Source of the DNA: an uncultured Pseudomonadales bacterium
GTDB lineage: Bacteria > Pseudomonadota > Gammaproteobacteria > Pseudomonadales > Azotimanducaceae
Assembly (NCBI GenBank): GCA_964598305.1
Contig: CAZRBP010000001.1
Span: forward strand, 22,501-86,500
Reading direction: 5' to 3'
Length of the DNA stretch: 64,000 nucleotides
Shown: in pieces, positions 40,982 to 49,023 of the stretch
How the letters are laid out: every line of letters starts with the position of its first letter
Position numbering within the stretch: position 1 is the stretch's first letter
Made by a program: the position numbers and the translations under genes
The notes under the pieces: generated by a model
The model's database searches: none
Told to the model about the DNA's origin: nothing
Seen by the model: the letters and a program-made list of their open reading frames with translations, nothing else

Positions 40982-43351
40982 ATGCCGATTCACTTCGCAC
41001 GGTTGCCGCCAGAACTGGCCGATGCGGCGTTACGGGAGCCGCTCGTCACGCCCAACGAGCGGCTGGCGCGGGAAGCGGCGGCCGCCTGCAACCAGCGGCA
41101 GATCGACTTGGGACGCGGCGCTTGGCCAAAGCCGCGCACAATGAGCCTGCGCCGCTATTTGGGCGGCTGCTTCGACGCGGCGGCGGTGGGCGTCGAGGTG
41201 CTCTCCGCCGAGGCCGAACTGCTGCTGTGGCGTGACACGGCGGAGGCCGAGACTCTGCATTTGGCAGAACTGGCCGCTGACGCTTGGTCTCTAGCGTTAG
41301 CTTGGCGAATCGATCCGGCGTCGCCTGGGTTTGACGCCACGGCGAACGGCCGCCTCTTCCAACGCTGGGCGGCCCGGTTCAACACCCAACTCAAGGCCAA
41401 CGGCTGGATCACCGAAGCCCAATTGGCAGACATGGCGGCGGCGCGGGACGATAGCCTGCACCTGCTAGCGTTTGAGCGCATCGAGCCGCAGACCGCCGCC
41501 TTTCTCGCCCGGGTTGAACGGGCGGGAGGGCATGTCCAGCACCATGCCGCCGCCGAGTCCCCTGCCCACTCGGAGCGCCGGGTCGGGCTGGAAAGCCGCG
41601 CCGAGGAGATCAGCGCCGCCGCCCAATGGGCGCGCCAGACGTTGGCTGAGGATGAGGAAGCCCGCATCGGGGTGGTCTTTCCGTACCTGACCGACGCTTA
41701 TCACGCCATCGACCACGCATTCGGAGTGGAGTTCGCCGATGCGCGTGAGGCCTTCGACATCTCCGGTGGGCTGCCCTTGGCCCAGCAGCCGGTTTGGCGC
41801 TCTGCCGAAGCGCTGTTGGAGTACATGACGGAGCCAGCGGAACCAAGGCTGGAAGGACTCTTGAAGCTGCCCTTTCTGGAATCGCCCGAACTGGCCGAGT
41901 CCCTTCCTCACCCCGGCCGTCGTCGGGCTTTCGGAGATTGGGTGGCGAACTTCGACCACAGCTTAAGGCAAGCCGGTTGGGGCACCGGTGCCGGCAGCGT
42001 CCAGTTTCAGGCCCTCGAAGCCATCCTGGCCAACCTCGACCGCTACAGCCGTCTTGCCCAGCGCCCCAACATCAACGCCGCGGAGGCGCTGCACACCTTG
42101 AGGGATTTGCTCGGCACCCAGGACTTCGCGCCCGAGCGGCGGCCAGCGCCGATTCAGGTGCTCGGCTACTTGGAGACCACCGGGCTGCAGTTCAGCGATC
42201 TCTGGGTGGCGGGCCTGTCGGATGCCAACTGGCCGACCAACCCGTCGCCGAACCCGCTCATCCCGATGGAAGTGCAACGGCGCAGCGGCGTTCCCCGCAT
42301 CGATCACCACAGCGAAGGCGAGTTCGCCGCGCAACGGTTGCGGCATTGGCGCAACGCCTGCCAATCCCTCACCGCCAGTTGGCCACAGGACGACACCGAC
42401 GGCCCCCATGGCTGCAGCGCCTTGATCAAACCCCTTCCCGAAGCCACGGCCAGCGAGGCCATTGCGGGCTTCCGCCAACGCCGGAATCCGTGGCTGGCCG
42501 TCCCACCGCCCTTGAAAGGGGAAGCCGCCCCTGCGGACCAAGCCACCCCCGTCGAAGCGGAGATTCGCGCAGGCACCGCCCTGGTCCGCGATCAGGCGCA
42601 GTGCCCGTTCCGCGCTTGGGCCATTCACCGCTTGGGGCTGAACGCGGACAGCGCGGAGGAGCCCTTCGCCGACCCCCTGATTCGCGGCACTGTCGTTCAT
42701 GAGGCCTTTTGCGCCCTCTACCGAGATCACGAGCGTCCGTTCTCCGGTGACGACATCCGCGAAGCCGTCGAGGGCGCCGTGGAGAAGCATCTGGCCGGGA
42801 CGCCCGGCTTGTTTCGCGGACACGAAAAAGCCCGCGTTGCGGGGATCATCAACGCTTGGCTTAAGCACGAAGCGCACCGCCCAGAGTTCACCGTCGCCGG
42901 TCTTGAGCAGGGTGCCGAACTGAGGGTGCCGGGCGCGCAATTCCACATGCGGATCGACCGCCTCGATCGGGACGACGCCACCGGTGCGAAGATCGTCATC
43001 GACTACAAGACCGGCGCGCTGGCCGTGAACCGCCTGGTCGCAGAGCGCCTCACCGAGCCCCAACTGCCGATGTACGCGTTGACCGACAACGCCATCCAAG
43101 CCGTGCTGTTCGCCCGGGTCGGCGATGAGGACGTGCGGCTGGACGGCTGGAGCGGCGAGGGGCTGCGGCCCGGCAAGTCGCCGGATGGCGGCTGGGAGCT
43201 GTTGCGCGCACGCTGGCGAACCCAAGTCGAAGCGCTGGTCGGGGAGTTTCGCAATGGGGAAGCTGAAGTGCAGCCCAGCGACCCCCAAGTCTGCCGCTAT
43301 TGCCATCTGCCGAGCCTGTGCCGAGTCAACGCCTTCGTGGGTGCGCCGTGA
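40982..43351 (+). CDS. AddB-like PD-(D/E)XK nuclease-family protein (partner of the downstream helicase-nuclease)
   Basis: A 789-aa protein. The C-terminal nuclease block is RIDRLDRDDATGAKIVIDYKTG. Cysteines are present at QCPF and CRYCHLPSLC (Fe-S cluster pattern). Confidence 0.7.
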   Translation: MPIHFARLPPELADAALREPLVTPNERLAREAAAACNQRQIDLGRGAWPKPRTMSLRRYLGGCFDAAAVGVEVLSAEAELLLWRDTAEAETLHLAELAADAWSLALAWRIDPASPGFDATANGRLFQRWAARFNTQLKANGWITEAQLADMAAARDDSLHLLAFERIEPQTAAFLARVERAGGHVQHHAAAESPAHSERRVGLESRAEEISAAAQWARQTLAEDEEARIGVVFPYLTDAYHAIDHAFGVEFADAREAFDISGGLPLAQQPVWRSAEALLEYMTEPAEPRLEGLLKLPFLESPELAESLPHPGRRRAFGDWVANFDHSLRQAGWGTGAGSVQFQALEAILANLDRYSRLAQRPNINAAEALHTLRDLLGTQDFAPERRPAPIQVLGYLETTGLQFSDLWVAGLSDANWPTNPSPNPLIPMEVQRRSGVPRIDHHSEGEFAAQRLRHWRNACQSLTASWPQDDTDGPHGCSALIKPLPEATASEAIAGFRQRRNPWLAVPPPLKGEAAPADQATPVEAEIRAGTALVRDQAQCPFRAWAIHRLGLNADSAEEPFADPLIRGTVVHEAFCALYRDHERPFSGDDIREAVEGAVEKHLAGTPGLFRGHEKARVAGIINAWLKHEAHRPEFTVAGLEQGAELRVPGAQFHMRIDRLDRDDATGAKIVIDYKTGALAVNRLVAERLTEPQLPMYALTDNAIQAVLFARVGDEDVRLDGWSGEGLRPGKSPDGGWELLRARWRTQVEALVGEFRNGEAEVQPSDPQVCRYCHLPSLCRVNAFVGAP

Positions 43352-46300
43352 CTTCCCCCCGCGCCCCGGCGGACGCCAAGCACCGCGCCGACGCCCTTCG
43401 GCCGGAGGCCTCCTGCATCGTCCAAGCCCCGGCGGGTTCCGGCAAAACCACGCTGCTGGTCAACCGATTCGCCACGCTACTAGCTGGAGTCGAGAAGCCG
43501 GAGCAAATCCTGGCCATCACCTTCACCCGCAAGGCCGCCGCCGAGATGCGCCAGCGGGTGCTTTCGCTGCTCGAGGATGAGCAGAGTGCCACCGCCGCCG
43601 CCATCCGGGCTCGGGATGAGGCGTTCGGCTGGCGCTTAGCGGACAATCCCTCCCGATTGCAGATACAGACCATCGACAGCTTCGCGATGTCGCTCACCGG
43701 TCGGCTGCCCTTGGCGTCGGGCTTCGACCGGCGCACTCGCTTGGTCGAGGACGGCACGCCGCTCTACGAGGCGGCCGCCCACCAAGTGCTCAACCGGCTG
43801 TTCGAGGACGATCCCTTGGGCGCCGAGATCGCACGCTTCCTGGCCCTGAACGGCAACGACGCCGGCAGGGCCCGCCGCCTCTTGATCGAAATGCTGGGGC
43901 GCCGGGATCAGTGGCTCGACGCCGTGACCGCCGTGGCGGCCGACCGGGACGCCGCCGAAGCGGCCCTTACGCGCAGCGTTCGCGCGCTGGTCGATTCGGT
44001 GATCGACGGCGTCGAGCAGGCGGTGCCGCCGGCTCTGCGGGAGGAACTGGTTTGGATGGTCGAATTCGCCAGCGCTCGCCAAAACGCCCTGCCCGCCTCG
44101 TTTTGGCCCGCCGCCAGCGCCCTGTGCATGACCCAAAAGGGGGAGTTTCGCAAGACCCTAACCAAGAACAACGGCTTCCCGGCCGACTGCAAGGAAGAGA
44201 AGCAACGGGCGCTCGACGCCATCGATGCGCTGCGCCAATTGGCCTTGGAAGACCGCTTTGCGGCCTTGGCCATGCTGCCCTCAACGGAGTTCACCGAAGC
44301 GCAAATCGACGACCTGCTGGCGGTCTGCACGACGCTGGTGCTGGCCGTGCAAGACCTCTCCAACGCCATGCGCTCCGAGCGACGCACAGACTTCACCGAG
44401 CTGAACCTAGCCGCCCGCCGGGCGCTGCGCTGGGGCGACGACGCCCCAACGGAACTGGCCTTGGCGCTCGACTACCGCATCCGGCACATCCTGATTGATG
44501 AGTTCCAGGACACTTCCATCGCCCAGTTCGACCTGCTCGGCCTGTTGATCGAGGGCTGGAGCGACAACGGAGGCACGAGCCTCTTCGCCGTCGGCGACCC
44601 CATGCAGTCGATCTACCGCTTCCGGGACGCCGACGTGGGCCTCTTCTCCCGCGCCGCCGACGAAGGCATCAGCGGCATGGCCCTTGAGCCGCTGCGGCTG
44701 ACGGCCAACTTCCGTTCCGCGCCGGGGCTGGTGGCTTGGTTCAACCGCACATTCGCCTTGGTCATGGGCCGCGATGCCGACCGCCTGACGGGCCAAGTGC
44801 CCTACGGCGCATCCACCGCCGAAGCGACCGGCGAGGGCGGCGCCGAAGCCCAGCTGTTCGAAGAGCCCGCCCAGGAAGTCGAGGCGCTCATCGCCCGCAT
44901 CCAATCGCTTGCCCGCGACGACCCCGACAGCTCCATCGCCCTGCTGGTGCGCAGCCGCAACCACCTGCCGCAAATCCTCGACGCCCTGCGTCGCGCCGAC
45001 ATCAACTGGCAGGCCACCGACATCGACCCCTTGGCGGAAACCCCCGCGGTCACCGACCTGCTGTCGCTGGCCGATGCCTTGGCGGACCCGACCGACAAGC
45101 TGGCTTGGCTCAGCGTCTTGCGTGCGCCTTGGGTCGGCCTCGACCTGCCCGGCCTGGAACGCGCCGCCACCCTCGATGCCTTCGACCTAGACCGGCTGCA
45201 CGCCTTGATGGCAACCTTGAGTCCATCCGGATCACGGCGTTTGACACGACTCGTCGCCGCCCTCGAACGCTGGCTGCCGTTGCGCCTTGAGCGCCCGCCG
45301 CGGTCAAGCTTGGAGGCCATCTGGCTGGCCTGCGGTGGCGCCTCGGCCTACGCCGGCACTGCGGCCATCGACCACGCTGAACGGTTCCTCGAGCTGGTCG
45401 ATCAACTCGGCCCCGACGGCTGGGACGGGGCGCAATTGCGGCGTGGCGCTGAGCAGCTTTTCGCCGCCGACCAGGCTTCGGCCCAGCTGCAGATACTCAC
45501 CATCCACAAGGCCAAGGGGCTGGAGTTCGACCACGTCCTGCTGCCCTGCCTCGACCGGGGCACCCGCGCCGGGGACGCCCCGCTGCTGCGCTGGCGGATG
45601 GCCGACGACGGCATCCTGATGGCCGCCAAGGGCTCCGGCAGCCTCTACGAGTGGCTGGGCAGGGAGGAACGGGAGCGGGACCGCAACGAGCGGCTGCGCC
45701 TGCTGTACGTGGCCTGCACCCGCGCCAAGCGCAGCCTGCTGCTCACCGGCGTGAAGGGCGAGCGGGCGCCAAGAGGGAACTCCCTGTTGGCGCTGCTGTG
45801 GCCGGCCTTGGACGATGCGACACGGGAACCGGCTTCCGGGAGCACCGCAAGCGAAGCAGCGGATTCACCCAAGCGCCTGCATCGGTTGCCGGAGGACTTC
45901 AGCTGGCACCCGCCCCAACCCAAGCCCCTGCGGCTGCCACAAATCCATATCCAGCCAGCAGGGGACCCCGGCGACCCCATCAGCGGCCGCCGGGAAGTGA
46001 TCCTGGGCCACGTGATCCATGATTGGCTGCGGCGCTTGAGCGAACGTCCCCTGCCGGAGGATGCGAACGCCTGGGCCATCGAAAACCGCGGCCACTGGCA
46101 GCGCCAACTCGAGGCCGCGGGCCTTCCTCAGGAGGACCTCGAAGGCTGCTTGGACGAGGCCACCCTGCAACTGCGCACGGTTCTGGCCGACGAGGCCGGC
46201 CGCTGGCTGCTGCGCCCCCGGCCGGGTGCCGCCTCGGAGTACGCCGTGACCGGCATCCTGGAAGGCGCCTTGGCGTCGGCCTATTTCGACCGCACCTTTG

Positions 46301-46485
46301 AGGAGGACGGCGTTCGCTGGATCATCGACTACAAGACTGGCCGCACGGACGACCAAGCTTCGGCCACCGCCCGCTACCGCCCCCAACTCGCCCGCTACCG
46401 CGCCTTGGGGGAAGGCCTGTTCGACAAGCCGATCCGAACGGCGCTCTATTTGACCGCCATTCCGAAGCTCATCAACGTCTTGTAG
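43348..46485 (+). CDS. UvrD/Rep-type helicase with C-terminal PD-(D/E)XK nuclease (AddA/RecB-like)
   Basis: The start was set to GTG 43348, overlapping the upstream stop (GTGA). Walker A is APAGSGKTT. The motifs ITFTRKAAAEM, DEFQDTS, TIHKAKGLEFD, YVACTRAK and WIIDYKTG are present. Confidence 0.8.
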   Translation: MTSPRAPADAKHRADALRPEASCIVQAPAGSGKTTLLVNRFATLLAGVEKPEQILAITFTRKAAAEMRQRVLSLLEDEQSATAAAIRARDEAFGWRLADNPSRLQIQTIDSFAMSLTGRLPLASGFDRRTRLVEDGTPLYEAAAHQVLNRLFEDDPLGAEIARFLALNGNDAGRARRLLIEMLGRRDQWLDAVTAVAADRDAAEAALTRSVRALVDSVIDGVEQAVPPALREELVWMVEFASARQNALPASFWPAASALCMTQKGEFRKTLTKNNGFPADCKEEKQRALDAIDALRQLALEDRFAALAMLPSTEFTEAQIDDLLAVCTTLVLAVQDLSNAMRSERRTDFTELNLAARRALRWGDDAPTELALALDYRIRHILIDEFQDTSIAQFDLLGLLIEGWSDNGGTSLFAVGDPMQSIYRFRDADVGLFSRAADEGISGMALEPLRLTANFRSAPGLVAWFNRTFALVMGRDADRLTGQVPYGASTAEATGEGGAEAQLFEEPAQEVEALIARIQSLARDDPDSSIALLVRSRNHLPQILDALRRADINWQATDIDPLAETPAVTDLLSLADALADPTDKLAWLSVLRAPWVGLDLPGLERAATLDAFDLDRLHALMATLSPSGSRRLTRLVAALERWLPLRLERPPRSSLEAIWLACGGASAYAGTAAIDHAERFLELVDQLGPDGWDGAQLRRGAEQLFAADQASAQLQILTIHKAKGLEFDHVLLPCLDRGTRAGDAPLLRWRMADDGILMAAKGSGSLYEWLGREERERDRNERLRLLYVACTRAKRSLLLTGVKGERAPRGNSLLALLWPALDDATREPASGSTASEAADSPKRLHRLPEDFSWHPPQPKPLRLPQIHIQPAGDPGDPISGRREVILGHVIHDWLRRLSERPLPEDANAWAIENRGHWQRQLEAAGLPQEDLEGCLDEATLQLRTVLADEAGRWLLRPRPGAASEYAVTGILEGALASAYFDRTFEEDGVRWIIDYKTGRTDDQASATARYRPQLARYRALGEGLFDKPIRTALYLTAIPKLINVL

Positions 46486-46520
46486 CGGCTTAGGGCCGTT
46501 CAGAATCTTGGCTATTCGGG

Positions 46521-46700
46521 TCAGACATCATCATCGATCTGGACAAGGTACTCATGATCCAGTGCAACGTGCGGCCGCACGTAGTCGTGGAAGAACTGGT
46601 AGTCGACGAGCTTGGGGGCGACGTCGGCGACGGTGAGGGGCGTCGTATTGGTTCCAGAACTCGACGTTGGTGGCTGTGGCCCGCGAGTAGGCCCCCACGA
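46521..46700 (-). pseudogene. Possible 3' remnant of a DDE transposase/integrase gene (no start codon)
   Basis: Hand translation between in-frame stops gives ..LTVADVAPKLVDYQFFHDYVRPHVALDHEYLVQIDDDV*. The YVRPHVALD segment resembles the ..YN..RPH.aL.. end of rve-type catalytic cores. This evidence is weak. Confidence 0.25.
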
Positions 46701-46775
46701 TCATGTGCCTAGTGGTCGGGCAGACAACCGGACTCGAAGAGTCCGCCGAAGGAACCCCCTTGCAGCTTCATGCGG

Positions 46776-47117
46776 TCACCATGCGGTGGCGCAGTGGTCG
46801 ATGGTGTACGGAATGCCCTCAAGGGCAATGCTGCTCAACACCTTGATTGATTGGACGGTCCCAGGGCCGCATTGATGCAGCGGCGATTCCTGGTCGGCGA
46901 CCATCTCCGCATAGCGTTGGGCGACTTTCAGCGCCTCGCTCATAGCTGTAGCGCCTCGATGGCATCGGAGGTGCATCGTGCGCCAGGAGTCCGGCGTGTG
47001 ACGCAACGCGATGCGCCTTATCTCGGCCTCGGCGCCCTCGCAGTCCATTTCGCCATGGGCGTCCGTCGTAGCCGCCAGCAGCACAATTGCCGTCAGCGCC
47101 GAATAGGCAGCGATCAC
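46776..47117 (-). CDS. 113-aa hypothetical secreted protein (signal-peptide-like N-terminus, 5 Cys)
   Basis: The ORF track gives 46776..47234. I set the start to GTG 47117, which overlaps the upstream stop (GTGA). The N-terminus is (M)IAAYSALTAIVLLAATTDAHGE. Confidence 0.4.
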   Translation of the reverse strand: MIAAYSALTAIVLLAATTDAHGEMDCEGAEAEIRRIALRHTPDSWRTMHLRCHRGATAMSEALKVAQRYAEMVADQESPLHQCGPGTVQSIKVLSSIALEGIPYTIDHCATAW

Positions 47118-47437
47118 GCAATGGGTGTTCCGGTCAGTGCGGCAAGAGCGCGACAAAAGCTCGGTACCTCCGCTTCGCTGCTTAGCTTCCACCACTTGTG
47201 CCCGGCGGGCTGTTCCTTTGGCTCGAATCCGCACTGAACCAGAAGTTCTCTATGTCTAGGATACTCGGAAGCAAAGCGATTAAGAATGAACCAATGGCGA
47301 TTCTTCGAATTCCATCCTCCGGCGGCCCTGCCGTCGTGTTGGAGTTGAAATCCGGTCTTCTGGCACTTCACGGTGTAGGAACTGCTGGCTTCGGCAGCCT
47401 TGAATGCATCTTCCGCAGTGCTCAGTTCGTCACTCAT
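47114..47437 (-). CDS. 107-aa hypothetical protein
   Basis: The ORF track gives 47114..47500. ATG 47437 gives MSDELSTAEDAFKAAEASSSYTVKCQK..GWNSKNRHWFILNRF... I recognise no motif. Confidence 0.4.
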   Translation of the reverse strand: MSDELSTAEDAFKAAEASSSYTVKCQKTGFQLQHDGRAAGGWNSKNRHWFILNRFASEYPRHRELLVQCGFEPKEQPAGHKWWKLSSEAEVPSFCRALAALTGTPIA

Positions 47438-47606
47438 GCTTTCAGTCGAATTCGGAATTGCACGGGAGGGGCTTTGTCGCCATTCCAGCCAAGGGTACAC
47501 AATTCACGACATTCAAGCTCCGTTTAGCAATAACTCTAGCCGTTTATCGCAAATAGGCTCCCCATTTAAACTTGCTTTTTTAAAGAAACACTTTAAATTT
47601 ACGAGG

Positions 47607-48782
47607 ATGATTCCTCGCCAAGCCAAGCTGAAAGTGGAAACCGCACTGCGCCGCCAAGCTGCCGTGGCGCTGATCGGCGCTCGTCAAGTCGGCAAGACGA
47701 CCTTGGCGCTCGACATCGCTCAACACACCCAAGGACTGTACCTCGATTTGGAGTCTCGGGCCGATCGGCAGCGGATGGCGGAGCCCGCCCTGTTTCTCGC
47801 GGAACATGCCCACCGGCTGGTGATCCTGGATGAGATCCACCGTGCCCCCGGCTTGTTTCCAGAACTTCGCAGCATCATTGACCTAGGACGCCGAGCGGGG
47901 CGGCGCACAGGGCGCTTCCTCATTCTGGGTTCCGCCTCGATGGACTTGTTGCGGCAGTCCGGCGAAAGTCTCGCCGGGCGTATCGAGATGGTGCCCCTGA
48001 ACCCGTTTGACGTGCTCGACATCGAACACAATGTCGCGTCCGTCAACACGCATTGGGTACGCGGCGGCTTTCCCGACAGCCTGCTGGCAGCCAATGCGGA
48101 GGATTCATCCGCATTCCGGCGCAACCTCATTCGCACCTACCTCGACCGAGACATTAGCGAATTCACGGGGCGGCGGGTGCCGGCCGAAACGCTGGAACGG
48201 CTTTGGACCATGTTGGCGCACGGTCAGGGGACGCTTTTGAATGCCACCAAGCTGGCTGCCAGCCTCGGCGTGACCAGCCCCACCGTAACCACGTACATCG
48301 ACTTGCTGGTTGACCTGCTGCTGGTGCGCCGCCTTCGCCCCCACCATGTGAACGTCAAAAAGCGGCTGGTCAAGTCTCCCAAGGTCTATGTTCGGGACAG
48401 CGGCATCGCCCACACCCTGCTCGGCATCGAGGACTACACCACGCTCGCCGGACATCCGGTCGCCGGTGCAAGTTGGGAGGGGTTTGTGATCGAGAACCTG
48501 CTCGCCGCCGCTCCCCTCGGCACGGCAGCCAGCTTCTACCGAACCCAAGCCGGAGCTGAGATCGATCTACTGCTTGAACTGCCGGGCCAAACAGCACCTT
48601 GGGCGGTGGAAATTAAGCTGGGCGTGGCTCCTAAGCTCAGCCGCGGCTTCCACCACGCCAGACAGGACATTCATTCCGCCAAATCTTTCGTGGTCTATTC
48701 CGGCACCGAGCGCTACCCGCTGGCTGCCGACGTTGAAGCCATCGGCCTGAAGGCTCTATCGGAACTTTTGGCCAGTCAGTAG
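47607..48782 (+). CDS. AAA-type ATPase with C-terminal DUF4143 domain
   Basis: The start was moved to ATG 47607 (SD GAGG). Walker A is GARQVGKTTL and Walker B is LVILDEIH. The DUF4143-like block is LNATKLAASLGVTSPTVTTYIDLLVDLLLVRRL. Confidence 0.75.
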   Translation: MIPRQAKLKVETALRRQAAVALIGARQVGKTTLALDIAQHTQGLYLDLESRADRQRMAEPALFLAEHAHRLVILDEIHRAPGLFPELRSIIDLGRRAGRRTGRFLILGSASMDLLRQSGESLAGRIEMVPLNPFDVLDIEHNVASVNTHWVRGGFPDSLLAANAEDSSAFRRNLIRTYLDRDISEFTGRRVPAETLERLWTMLAHGQGTLLNATKLAASLGVTSPTVTTYIDLLVDLLLVRRLRPHHVNVKKRLVKSPKVYVRDSGIAHTLLGIEDYTTLAGHPVAGASWEGFVIENLLAAAPLGTAASFYRTQAGAEIDLLLELPGQTAPWAVEIKLGVAPKLSRGFHHARQDIHSAKSFVVYSGTERYPLAADVEAIGLKALSELLASQ

Positions 48783-48821
48783 TTGTTGCCATCCTCGCAA
48801 AACCCTGTACCATGCGCCGCC

Positions 48822-48971
48822 ATGCTGAATGACACGCAATATTTTTGGGTTCGCTACTTTGGTCGCTTCGCGGTGACCTAGCCCCCTTTTGTCAATCGCA
48901 TGAATGGAAGGTGGCCAAACCGGGCGCCTTCCCCAAGAAGGCCCCGCCAGAAGATGAGCGGGGTTTTTTTT
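48822..48971 (+). promoter_or_regulatory. Candidate leader/attenuator: 19-codon aromatic-rich mini-ORF (48822-48881, MLNDTQYFWVRYFGRFAVT) followed by hairpins and an intrinsic terminator, upstream of DAHP synthase
   Basis: The ORF was read directly; 6 of 19 residues are Tyr/Phe/Trp. A hairpin GGAAGGTG..CGCCTTCC lies at 48907-48931. The terminator follows at 48942-48971. There is no obvious SD for the mini-ORF. Confidence 0.35.
48942..48971 (+). terminator. Rho-independent terminator CCCCGC-N10-GCGGGG-TTTTTTTT
   Basis: A 6-bp all-G/C stem (48942-48947 / 48958-48963) is followed directly by T8 (48964-48971). Confidence 0.7.
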
Positions 48972-49023
48972 GCCTGCGGTTCACGCGGCGGGCAATGGCC
49001 TAGGAGGAAAGGAGGCTTGAACC

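Noticed and set aside
47215-47245. GGCTCGAATCCGC, resembling a tRNA T-arm/T-loop, which could be a tRNA fragment or att site.
   Set aside because: The flanking bases cannot form a T stem or acceptor stem, and the segment lies in a small ORF region. The similar GGATCGAACC at ~214-223 is inside a CDS. I found no tRNA gene in the window.
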